Source of the DNA: Chthoniobacterales bacterium
Lineage (GTDB): Bacteria > Verrucomicrobiota > Verrucomicrobiia > Chthoniobacterales > JACTMZ01
Length of the DNA stretch: 64,000 nucleotides
Assembly (NCBI GenBank): GCA_041736875.1
Contig: JBGSSV010000180.1
Location: 44,851 to 108,850, forward strand
Reading direction: 5' to 3'
In this document: piece by piece, positions 44,044-52,884 of the stretch
Layout of the letters: every line of letters starts with the position of its first letter
How positions within the stretch are numbered: position 1 is the stretch's first letter
The notes under the pieces: model-generated
The model's database searches: none
Seen by the model: only the letters and a program-made list of their open reading frames with translations
Told to the model about the DNA's origin: nothing
Made by a program: the position numbers and the translations under genes

Positions 44044-45842
44044 GAGAGCCTGCAGCTCAGCGACTCGCGGGATTTCTCTTCGGCGGGTGGTTGCTGCTTC
44101 ACACAGCTGGCTTTCCGGTTCTCTGGAGCGTGCTGTCCGCCGGCGTTCTTTGCGCGGGTTTTGTCCTACGATGGCTGCAGGTTCGGACGTTTCGCCCGAT
44201 CACCTGGCTGCTCGTGGGCTTCACCGGGGTGATGCCCTTTCTCGACCGCGGTCCGCTGCTTCCCACCATGGGGGCAGCGGCCTTGTGGCTGGCCTGTGTC
44301 CTGCTGCTGTCGCCCCTGACTCCCCGCCGCGGCCTGTGGCTGCTCCTCGCGTGCTTGGTCATGCTCGCGTCGCTCGCCTTGGATCCGGAGGCGGAGTTTT
44401 CCGCTCTGGCTATCATCATTGATGTGGCTTTCGTTCTTCTCCTCGCCCAGCAGGTTCATGCGCCCGCCGGGGCAGGGCGGGGGATCCGCGAAATTCTGCT
44501 GCGCTCCGTCCTGCTCGCTGTGCCGATTGCATCGCTTGTCACGGGTGTCTTCTGGGTGTTTCCCACGCTCTCGCAGCAGACGGATGAGGCCCTGAGCGGC
44601 TTTTCCGGGAGTCTCAATCCCGGTGATGTCTCGGTCATGCGTCTGAGCCGCCGCCCTGCTTTCGTCGCCACTTTTTCGCTGTCCAGCCCGGTTCCATCCG
44701 CCGCGAATCTTTATTGGCGGGGGGCGGTCTTGGTCGACAACGGTGGCCTCAATTGGGCGCAGGGTGGACGTCCGGCGCCCGGCACGAAGAACGCGGTGCC
44801 CGAGGATCTTCAAGTCTGGCGCTACTCCCTCGCTTCACAAAACGGTGCGCCCGTCGTGCCGCTCGACGTGCCTCTCACCGAGATCTCGTCAGATGTTTGG
44901 CTCCCCGACGTCGTTTCCTCGGCCCAGCCCGCGGACGACCCGCCTGATCCGGTGCTAGCCGCCGGCCGGCTGGACGTTCCGGCTGCCGTGCGTTCCGATC
45001 CGCGCCTGTCGGCCCTGGTCGCCGAGTTGATTTCGCCGGACCGTTCGGTGCCGGAAAATCTGCAGGCCCTCGGGGATTTCCTCCGCCGTGGAGATTTTGT
45101 CTATTCTCTGCGGCCCGGACGGCTGCCTTCCGCGGACGTGGCCGGGTTTCTGCTCGATCGTCGCAAGGGGTTTTGTGAGCACTACGCGGCGGCGTGCGCG
45201 AACATCCTCCGCCTCGCAGGCATCCCGACGCGCATCATCACCGGCTACCGGGGTGGTCGGTGGAACCCGTGGCTTGGGACGATCACGGTGCAGGAGGCGG
45301 ACGGCCATGCTTGGGTGGAGGCATGGGATGCCGCATCGGCTCACTGGCTCCGCTTCGATCCCACGGAGTTCGTCGCGCCGGAGTTGACGCGCCAGATTGA
45401 AGGTCTGCGGGATGACCAAAACTGGGCGTGGCATCAGCGGGTCTCGGTCTTCGTTGCGAGCCTCCTGCCGTCCGCGCAAATCCGCCTCGAGCGCCTGGCC
45501 TCGGCCAAGCTCCTGCCAATTCTGGGCGGTCTGGCTTTGCTTCTTGCCGGTGGCTGGCTGTGGCTCTGCCGACGGGGACGGGATCCGGTGGACGCCGTGT
45601 TGGACCGCCTGGAGAAATACGCGAAACGAGCCAACACTCCGCGTCTCCCCGGGGAGACGCCGCTCGCGTGGATGGCCCGCCTCCAGGCGGGGGCGGGGGC
45701 AGCCGGCGACGGTCTGCGCGAGATCGCCTCCCTCTATGAGCAATGCGTTTATGCCCGGTCCGGGCCAGACGCGGCAGGGCAAATGCTCTCGCTTACCGCG
45801 CGGTGGACGTCCGGCCCGGCTCAGCGGTCGGGAGGGGCGTGA
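44040..45842 (+). CDS. Membrane transglutaminase-like protein (DUF3488 + transglutaminase core, TgpA-like architecture)
   Basis: N-terminal multi-TM region, then GFCEHYAAACANILRLAGIPTRIITGY (Cys) and DGHAWVEAWD (His/Asp). ATGA overlap. Confidence 0.85.
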   Translation: MREPAAQRLAGFLFGGWLLLHTAGFPVLWSVLSAGVLCAGFVLRWLQVRTFRPITWLLVGFTGVMPFLDRGPLLPTMGAAALWLACVLLLSPLTPRRGLWLLLACLVMLASLALDPEAEFSALAIIIDVAFVLLLAQQVHAPAGAGRGIREILLRSVLLAVPIASLVTGVFWVFPTLSQQTDEALSGFSGSLNPGDVSVMRLSRRPAFVATFSLSSPVPSAANLYWRGAVLVDNGGLNWAQGGRPAPGTKNAVPEDLQVWRYSLASQNGAPVVPLDVPLTEISSDVWLPDVVSSAQPADDPPDPVLAAGRLDVPAAVRSDPRLSALVAELISPDRSVPENLQALGDFLRRGDFVYSLRPGRLPSADVAGFLLDRRKGFCEHYAAACANILRLAGIPTRIITGYRGGRWNPWLGTITVQEADGHAWVEAWDAASAHWLRFDPTEFVAPELTRQIEGLRDDQNWAWHQRVSVFVASLLPSAQIRLERLASAKLLPILGGLALLLAGGWLWLCRRGRDPVDAVLDRLEKYAKRANTPRLPGETPLAWMARLQAGAGAAGDGLREIASLYEQCVYARSGPDAAGQMLSLTARWTSGPAQRSGGA

Positions 45843-47211
45843 ACGTCGCCTGCGGGGTGATTCTGGTCACCGATGCCACCGTTGGATGGGATTTGATCAG
45901 ATTGGCGAATTTGTGCGCGGAAGGCTTGAGTTCGCGGGTCTTGGTCTTCGGATTCATGTGCGACAGACCGAAGGTTGCCTCGAATCCGTAGTGCCATTCG
46001 TAGTTGTCGGCCAGCGACCAAGCGAAGTAGCCCTGCACGTCGTAGCCGTCACGGATGGCGCGACCGACTGCGGCGATGTGGTTGCGCATATACCATTCTC
46101 GCTTGGCGTCGTCGCGCGTGGCTATCCCGTTCTCGGTGATCATCATCGGCTTGCCGTAGCGCGTGGCCACCCGCTTGATTTCCTTGTAGAGCCCTTCGGG
46201 GTCGATGCGCCAACCCATCATGGTGAACTTCTTGCCCCGCATTGACGGACCAGCCAGGAGGGAAATCGGGCCCGGGGCCTGCGAGTAGTAGTAATTGATC
46301 CCGAGGATGTCACAGACGTCATAGATGCGGTCGAGGTGATCGGTGTTGCCGTGGATCATCGTGTTGTAGATGAGGCCGCCCGGATCGAGAGGGGCACGCT
46401 CCCACCACGGCAGAGCCTCGACGCTGACAATCTCTGCGCCGGGGTTCAGTTTTTTCACGATGCCGGCTGCGTCGCGGAACATACCGGTGCTGGCATCGAT
46501 GGCCTTCCAATAATGCCCGAAAGCCATGGTCATGGCCGGCGGCCACTGCGCCACGATGTAGGCCGTGGTGATCTGGCCGTTCGGCTCGTTCTGCGGGGCG
46601 TAAAATTTCACGTCAGACCCCATCGCGCGCACCATTTTGTTCACGTAAGCCTTCCAGCGCTCGCGCACGAGCGGATGGAGCCAATTCGAGTTTCCCGGGG
46701 TTTCCTTGTCGTAGAGCCAGTCCGGAAAGGTGAAGTGCCACAGGCAGACGACGGGCTCAATCCCGAGGGCCTTCAGTTCACGGGCCATGCGCACGTAGCC
46801 GCGAATGGCTTCCTCGTTGTATTCGCCGGGCTTCGGTTCGACCCGCGCCCACTCAATGCTGAAGCGGTAGTGGGTTGGTCGGATTTTCTTCAGCGCCTCC
46901 AAATCCCTCTCGAAGCGCGTCCACGAGTAGAGTGCGTTCCCGCGGGGCGGAGCCTTTTTCTGCGCCACGAGCACGTCCCAATCGGTCGAGAAAAAGTCCG
47001 GCTGACTCGGCACGACGGCCGGGTCCTCGTATTGGTAGCTCGCGGTCGCGATACCCCAGACGAACTTCCTCGGCGGATCGGCCGGAGGGATAGCCGCGAC
47101 CTTCGGGGCGGGGTCGAAGCGCCCGAGGGGATTGATCGGGTTGACGCAGCCGATGAGAAGGAGGCTTGTTGCCACGGCGGCGAGCGGCAGGGAGATGCGG
47201 GTTGGGCTCAT
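45793..47211 (-). CDS. Glycoside hydrolase family 1 beta-glucosidase, lipoprotein
   Basis: YAPQNEPNG (acid/base) and MITENGIATRDD (nucleophile). The N-terminus MSPTRISLPLAAVATSLLLIGC has a lipobox. The upstream part of track ORF ..47529 was rejected. Confidence 0.9.
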   Translation of the reverse strand: MSPTRISLPLAAVATSLLLIGCVNPINPLGRFDPAPKVAAIPPADPPRKFVWGIATASYQYEDPAVVPSQPDFFSTDWDVLVAQKKAPPRGNALYSWTRFERDLEALKKIRPTHYRFSIEWARVEPKPGEYNEEAIRGYVRMARELKALGIEPVVCLWHFTFPDWLYDKETPGNSNWLHPLVRERWKAYVNKMVRAMGSDVKFYAPQNEPNGQITTAYIVAQWPPAMTMAFGHYWKAIDASTGMFRDAAGIVKKLNPGAEIVSVEALPWWERAPLDPGGLIYNTMIHGNTDHLDRIYDVCDILGINYYYSQAPGPISLLAGPSMRGKKFTMMGWRIDPEGLYKEIKRVATRYGKPMMITENGIATRDDAKREWYMRNHIAAVGRAIRDGYDVQGYFAWSLADNYEWHYGFEATFGLSHMNPKTKTRELKPSAHKFANLIKSHPTVASVTRITPQATFTPLPTAEPGRTSTAR

Positions 47212-47224
47212 GAAATCAGAGGGT

Positions 47225-48106
47225 TCAACTGTCCTTCGGTTTCGTGACCGCGAGCAGGGGTGCAACGTAGTCACGGATGAAAGCCATTTTGACGTTGTCA
47301 AAGTGGCGACCGTAGTTGCCATCCCTTTCCTCCCGCTTCCGCCATTTGACCTTAACGATCTTCTCGGCGTAAAGCGCACGCGTGCGGGCGCTGGCGTTGG
47401 CCGGCAGGACAAACCCGTTGATACCCGCCCCGGGGTCGTGGAACTTGCGGTCCGTCGTGCCCGAGAGGGGCATGAGATCGCCGACCATGCGGTCGCGATG
47501 CGAAGTGAAGACGTAGAGTTTGCCGTCAACGTGCTGGAGTGCCTTGGTCAGGTCGTAGTTCTCGCTCAGCGAACATCCGAGCAGCACAACGTTCCTGACC
47601 CTCACTCCCGGTGGGAGGTCTTCGAGGGCAAAGACCGCTTCGGCCGTGCCGGCGGAGAAGCCGAGCAGGTTGATAGGAGCCGCGGAGAAGGCACGCTGGC
47701 GTTTGGTAATCTCGGCCGCAAGCACCTTCGCTTTCTTGCGCTTGTATTCAAGGCTCGCGACTTGATCGAGGAACAAGCCATCGCCGGTCTCCCAGGTAAA
47801 CAATTCGCCGGCCCCCGTGTAGCCGGCCTCGATCAGGCCTTGCCGCACTCCGCCGGCCCAGTTGTTGCGCGCCGTCCCACCGCCGGCGCCGTCGACATAG
47901 TAGAGGTAGCCGTTCTGCATGCGGGCCTCACGGCCGGGCAGGGGCTGGGGGAGGCCAGCGTGGTTTACGCATCCGGCGAGAGCCAGTCCGAGGGCGAGAC
48001 AAAGAAGGCGCAGGCGAAAAGCGGGAAGCGGAGTCGTTGGATCGGTTGACACGGGTGGCGCTAAGGTGAGTGAAACCCTGCCAAAAGACCCAATCGAACG
48101 GAACAT
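47225..48106 (-). CDS. Alpha/beta-hydrolase-like lipoprotein, function unknown
   Basis: Lipobox LALGLALAGC and a nucleophile-elbow-like LLGFSAGTA. Confidence 0.5.
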   Translation of the reverse strand: MFRSIGSFGRVSLTLAPPVSTDPTTPLPAFRLRLLCLALGLALAGCVNHAGLPQPLPGREARMQNGYLYYVDGAGGGTARNNWAGGVRQGLIEAGYTGAGELFTWETGDGLFLDQVASLEYKRKKAKVLAAEITKRQRAFSAAPINLLGFSAGTAEAVFALEDLPPGVRVRNVVLLGCSLSENYDLTKALQHVDGKLYVFTSHRDRMVGDLMPLSGTTDRKFHDPGAGINGFVLPANASARTRALYAEKIVKVKWRKREERDGNYGRHFDNVKMAFIRDYVAPLLAVTKPKDS

Positions 48107-48173
48107 ATTTTCCGCGGCAAAGGGCGTCAAAATGTGCTGGCCGCCGCTCACCTAGCTTCGATACAAGCCTGCC

Positions 48174-50687
48174 ATGGTGACTCGCAAACTTTCCCGCTCT
48201 CTCCCACTCCTCGCCGGCGTATTGCTGCATTCTCATGCCGTGCCCGCCGGTCCGGTCCTGACTACCGGGACACCCGGCGCCCCCGACGCCACCACCACCA
48301 TCCCCGGCAACCAGCTCCCCGCACCGCAGCCGCCCTTCGGTGGAGTGATCAAGGACGCCGCCCTGCAATCCACCCCTTGGTGGGCCCCGCGCATCGTCCC
48401 GCCGAAGGAGGCGCCGAACATCCTCCTCATCCTCACCGACGACTCCGGTTTCGGCGTGCCCAGCACCTTCGGCGGCGTCATCCCCATGCCCACGATGGAC
48501 CGCGTGGCCAAGGCCGGGCTGCGCTACAACAACATCAACTCCAGCTCGCTCTGCTCGCCCTCGCGCGCCGCGCTCATCACCGGACGCAACCACCATTCCG
48601 TCGGCTTCGGCGTCATCTCCGAGCAATCCACCGGCTTCCCGGGCTACAACAGCATCATCCCCGAGGACAAAGCCACCATCGGTCGCATCCTCCTCGACAA
48701 CGGTTACGCGACTTCGTGGTTCGGTAAGGACCACAATACCCCGGCCTTTGCTGCTAGCCAGTTCGGCCCGTTCGACCAATGGCCCACCGGCATGGGCTTC
48801 GAGTATTTCTACGGCTTCGTCGGCGGCGACGCGAACCAGTGGCAGCCGAACCTCTTCCGCAACACGACCCAGATCTATCCGTTCCTCGGCAAGCCCGGCT
48901 GGAACCTCGTCACCGGCATGGCCGACGACGCCATCGACTACCTCAACCGCATCAACCAGACGATGCCGAGCAAGCCGTTCTTCGTGAAATACGCACCCGG
49001 CGCCACCCACGCCCCGCACCACCCGACGAAGGAATGGGTGGACAAAATCCACGCCATGCACCTCTTCGACGACGGCTACGAAAAGCTCCGCGAGCGCATC
49101 TTCGAGAACCAGAAAAAGCTTGGCGTCATCCCGCCCGACACCCAGCTCGCTCCGTGGCCGAATGACATCCTCAAGCCGTGGGATGAACTCACACCCGAGG
49201 AGCAAAAACTCTTCATCCGCCAGGTGGAGGTCTTCGCCGCCTACGCGGCCTACAGCGACCACGAAATCGGCCGCGTCATCCAGGCCATCGAGGACATGGG
49301 CAAACTCGACAACACCCTCATCATCTACATCAACGGCGACAACGGCACGAGCGCCGAGGGCGGTCCGCTCGGCACGCCGAACGAAGTCGCGTTCTTCAAC
49401 GGCGTGCAGGTCCCCGTGGACGTGCAGATGAAATGGTATGACGTCTGGGGCACCGAGCAGACCTACAACCACATGTCCGCCGGCTGGTCCTGGGCCTTCG
49501 ACACGCCGTTCGAATGGTTCAAGCAGAACGGCTCGAAGCTCGGGGGCGTCCGCCAGAACATGGCCGTCATGTGGCCCGCCCGCATCAAGGACACTGGCGG
49601 ACTGCGCCAGCAGTTCATGCATTTCATCGACGTCGTCCCGACCCTCCTCGACGTCGCGGGCATCCCCGCGCCTGAGGCGGTGGACGGCATCAAGCAGGCC
49701 CCGATGGAAGGCACCAGCTTCGCCTACACCTTCGACGCCGCCAACGCCAACACTCCCTCGAAGCACACCACGCAGTATTTCGAAATGATGGGCCAATACG
49801 CGCTCTACCACGAAGGCTGGTTCCTCAGCACACAGGTCAACCGAGCCCCCTGGGAAGCCTTCGGCGCGGCAAACCCCGACCCGCTCAACAACCAGGTCCT
49901 CGAACTCTACGACCTCAACAAGGACTTCAGCCAAACGCAGAACCTCGCCGGCAAGTTCCCCGACAAGGTCAAGGAGATGAAAGCCCTCTTCATCGAGGAG
50001 GCGAAGAAACACGAAGTGTTCCCCATGGACGCCTCCGTCGCCGCCCGCATCGTCGCCCCGCGTCCGAACATCACCGCCGGACGCACCGAGTTCGTTTACC
50101 AGCACCCGATGGTGGGCCTTCCGCAAGGCGACTCGCCCTTCCTGCTCAACGCCTCCTACACCATCGCCGCCGACATCTCCGTGCCCGAGGGCGGCGCCGA
50201 GGGCATGATCCTCACCTCCGGCGGACGCTTCGCCGGCTACGGCTTCTACCTCCTCAAGGGCAAGCCTGTCTTCCTCTGGAACCTCGTGGACCTCGAGCGC
50301 ATCAAATGGGAAGGCCCCGACGCGCTCCCGCCCGGCAAGCACACCCTCGAGTTCGACTTCCAATACGAAGGCCTCGGCATCGGCACGCTCGCCTTCAACA
50401 ACATGAGCGGACTCGGCCGCCCCGGCACCGGCACCCTCAAGGTCGACGGCAAAGCGGTTCAGACCATCAAGATGCCCAAGACCCTGCCCATGATCCTGCA
50501 ATGGGACGAGGCGTTCGACATCGGTTCCGACACGCTCACCGGAGTCAACGACGCCGACTACCAGCCGCCCTTCCCGCTCACCGCCAAGCTCGACAAGCTG
50601 ACGATCAAAGTGAATCGCCCGCAACTCTCACCGGCGGACATAAAGACGCTTGAGGAAGGCATGAAGAAGGGCGCCGACGCGAAGTAA
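48174..50687 (+). CDS. Arylsulfatase (formylglycine-dependent sulfatase family)
   Basis: ILLILTDDSGFG and LCSPSRAALITGRNHH (C-x-P-x-R). Signal peptide present. Confidence 0.9.
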   Translation: MVTRKLSRSLPLLAGVLLHSHAVPAGPVLTTGTPGAPDATTTIPGNQLPAPQPPFGGVIKDAALQSTPWWAPRIVPPKEAPNILLILTDDSGFGVPSTFGGVIPMPTMDRVAKAGLRYNNINSSSLCSPSRAALITGRNHHSVGFGVISEQSTGFPGYNSIIPEDKATIGRILLDNGYATSWFGKDHNTPAFAASQFGPFDQWPTGMGFEYFYGFVGGDANQWQPNLFRNTTQIYPFLGKPGWNLVTGMADDAIDYLNRINQTMPSKPFFVKYAPGATHAPHHPTKEWVDKIHAMHLFDDGYEKLRERIFENQKKLGVIPPDTQLAPWPNDILKPWDELTPEEQKLFIRQVEVFAAYAAYSDHEIGRVIQAIEDMGKLDNTLIIYINGDNGTSAEGGPLGTPNEVAFFNGVQVPVDVQMKWYDVWGTEQTYNHMSAGWSWAFDTPFEWFKQNGSKLGGVRQNMAVMWPARIKDTGGLRQQFMHFIDVVPTLLDVAGIPAPEAVDGIKQAPMEGTSFAYTFDAANANTPSKHTTQYFEMMGQYALYHEGWFLSTQVNRAPWEAFGAANPDPLNNQVLELYDLNKDFSQTQNLAGKFPDKVKEMKALFIEEAKKHEVFPMDASVAARIVAPRPNITAGRTEFVYQHPMVGLPQGDSPFLLNASYTIAADISVPEGGAEGMILTSGGRFAGYGFYLLKGKPVFLWNLVDLERIKWEGPDALPPGKHTLEFDFQYEGLGIGTLAFNNMSGLGRPGTGTLKVDGKAVQTIKMPKTLPMILQWDEAFDIGSDTLTGVNDADYQPPFPLTAKLDKLTIKVNRPQLSPADIKTLEEGMKKGADAK

Positions 50688-50711
50688 GTTGGCCCGGCAA
50701 CACCACCAACC

Positions 50712-50969
50712 ATGACTAAGCACACCATGACGTGCGCGGCACTCGTCGCGCTTTTCAGCAGCCCGTTTGGCCTTCGCGCGCAAGATCGCTACACCATCCC
50801 AGCTGACCCGAACCTGGAGTATTCCACCGCCATCGCCCCCGGCGTGGCCGTGCCCGACAAGATCGAGACTTCCATCGGCACGCTCAAACTCAATTACGGC
50901 TACCCAACTCACGAGACGGTCGAGAAAATCTACGACAACCTCGACCGCTCCCGCGCCCTGCAGGCCTAG
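50712..50969 (+). pseudogene. Truncated N-terminal fragment of a DUF1254/DUF1214-type protein
   Basis: A signal peptide followed by TLKLNYGYPTHETVEKIYDNLDRSRALQA matches the usual N-terminus of this family. It stops at codon 86 and no continuation is visible downstream. Confidence 0.5.
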
Positions 50970-51176
50970 CCGCGTCCGGCTTCTTCGAACCCCTGACCCC
51001 CGGTTCGCTCATCACCCCCGGCTTCGGCGGGCGCATCTACTTCCCAACGGGCAAGGAATTCATCATCATGCAAGTCATGCCGGCCAAGGAGGCGAAAAAG
51101 TAGCCCTCCCTGCGCTCGTGAAACGAGCGGGCCGAACATCTTCCCTCATCGACTCAACCACGTTCCCACAGAAACC

Positions 51177-52655
51177 ATGCATCCACACTCCCGATTCCTG
51201 TTTTCCGCTGCAGCCGCCGCAGTATTGACGGCCGGCATTTTCACCGGCTGCGACAAGAAAACCGACCCGATCACCCAGAATCAAAAAGCTGAAAAGAAAG
51301 CGGAGATCGCCGCTCCGGCCCTCGAGGAAGTGAAAGCGATCGCCGAGGAGGGTTTCATCTACGGCCTGCCGCTCGTGATGAACTACGCGATCATGAACGA
51401 GTTCTGCGTGGACAAGGACTCCGGGCAATACAAGGGGCCATTCAACAGCATCAGCAACGAAGCCCGCGTGTTCACCTACAAGGACACCGCCATCGTCACC
51501 CCGAATAGCGACACGCCCTACTCGATGCTCTGGCTCGACCTCCGCGCCGAGCCCATGGTGATAAGCGTTCCGGCTGTCCCGAACGAACGTTACTACTCCG
51601 TCCAGTTCACTGATGGAAACACCTACAACTACGGCTACATCGGCAGCCGCGCCACGGGAACGGAAGCGGGCGATTACTTGGTGGTCGGCCCGCACTGGAA
51701 AGGTGAAAAGCCGGCTGGGATCAAGCAAGTCTTCCAATCCACGACGCCCTTCGCGTTGACCATCTTCCGCACCCAGCTCTTCAACCCCGAGGACATGCCC
51801 AACGTGGTCGAGGTGCAGTCCGGCTACAAGGTCCAGCCGCTCTCCGCCTTGCTCAACCAACCCGCGCCGCCCGCTGCGCCTGTGATCAATTTCGTCCCCG
51901 CGGGCACCAAGGGTATCAAGGACAGCTTCTTCGAATACCTCGATGCGGCGCTGGAGTTCGTGCCCGAGACGCCGGACACCAAGGACATCCGTGCGAAAAT
52001 CGCCCGCATCGGCGTCGGCCCCGGAAAAACCGTCGCCCTCAATAACCTCTCGCTCGAACACAAGGCCGCCATCCGCCTCGGCATGAAGCAGGGCGAGGAA
52101 AGGGTGACCAGGTATCTCGACAGTGGCATGAAGGACATCAACGGCTGGAAGGTCGGTTCGCTCTTCGGTGACGCCGCGTTCTACAACGGGAACTGGATCA
52201 AGCGCGCCGCCGCCGCGCAGGGCGGCATCTTCGGCAATGACGGCGTGGAAGCCATGTATCCGCTCACACGCGTCACCGCCTCCGGCGAGACCATCGATGC
52301 GAGCAAGCACAACTACACGCTCACTTTCCCCGCCGGACAGCTCCCGCCCGTTAACGCGTTCTGGTCCGTCACCATGTATGATGGCAAGACGCAGTTCCTC
52401 ATCGAGAACCCGATCAACCGCTACCTCATCAACTCGCCGATGCTGCCGGGCATGAAGACCGACCCCGACGGCTCGTTGACCCTCTACATCCAGAAGGACA
52501 GCCCCGGCCCCGACAAGGAAGCCAACTGGCTCCCCGCGCCGGACGGCCCGGTCTACCTTGTCATGCGCCTCTACTGGCCAAAGACCGAGGCCCCGTCGAT
52601 CCTCCCTCCCGGCGAGGGCTCGTGGAAGCCGCCGGGAGTTGTGCAGGCAAATTGA
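51177..52655 (+). CDS. DUF1254 + DUF1214 domain protein, lipoprotein-like
   Basis: FIYGLPLVMNY (DUF1254) and NAFWSVTMYD (DUF1214). N-terminal ..LTAGIFTGC. Confidence 0.8.
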   Translation: MHPHSRFLFSAAAAAVLTAGIFTGCDKKTDPITQNQKAEKKAEIAAPALEEVKAIAEEGFIYGLPLVMNYAIMNEFCVDKDSGQYKGPFNSISNEARVFTYKDTAIVTPNSDTPYSMLWLDLRAEPMVISVPAVPNERYYSVQFTDGNTYNYGYIGSRATGTEAGDYLVVGPHWKGEKPAGIKQVFQSTTPFALTIFRTQLFNPEDMPNVVEVQSGYKVQPLSALLNQPAPPAAPVINFVPAGTKGIKDSFFEYLDAALEFVPETPDTKDIRAKIARIGVGPGKTVALNNLSLEHKAAIRLGMKQGEERVTRYLDSGMKDINGWKVGSLFGDAAFYNGNWIKRAAAAQGGIFGNDGVEAMYPLTRVTASGETIDASKHNYTLTFPAGQLPPVNAFWSVTMYDGKTQFLIENPINRYLINSPMLPGMKTDPDGSLTLYIQKDSPGPDKEANWLPAPDGPVYLVMRLYWPKTEAPSILPPGEGSWKPPGVVQAN

Positions 52656-52884
52656 TCAAGCGAAGCGCTTGGCCTGAGACAAACACACCAGGGGTGGACG
52701 GTTCACGGAATTCCGCGTTACATCGCCGAGGTTTCTCAGGAGTCCACATGCGTGATGGAGGGCCGTCCTCCACCATCCTTCGCTGGGCAGATGGCCCATG
52801 CGAGGATGTTGCTCTCGTGGAAAAAGGGGCCTCCCGCCGACCACCCGCGTCCCCAAATCGCCCGGTTCGAAATGTAGGGTAGGC

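Noticed and set aside
39870-45842. PEP-CTERM substrate genes next to the exosortase.
   Set aside because: None of the supplied translations ends with a PEP-like motif followed by a hydrophobic helix and a basic tail. Substrates are presumably encoded elsewhere. This is based on reading by eye only.
47928-50624. An 898-aa ORF on the minus strand opposite the sulfatase gene. Many other long antisense ORFs behave the same way: 15185..16453, 19113..20147, 19808..20800, 25246..26601, 28209..29138, 29476..30471, 37289..38428, 39435..40661, 41420..42682, 42679..43647, 46336..47247, 47132..48049, 51075..52310, 57505..58617 and 62921..63949.
   Set aside because: Their translations are Arg/Gly/Pro/His-rich low-complexity strings with no recognisable motifs. 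Each lies opposite a gene with clear family signatures. Long stop-free antisense frames are expected in GC-rich DNA.
52855-52884. GGTTCGAAA, a tRNA T-loop-like string in the convergent spacer before mlaA.
   Set aside because: The flanking bases do not form a T-stem, and no acceptor or anticodon arms can be drawn.
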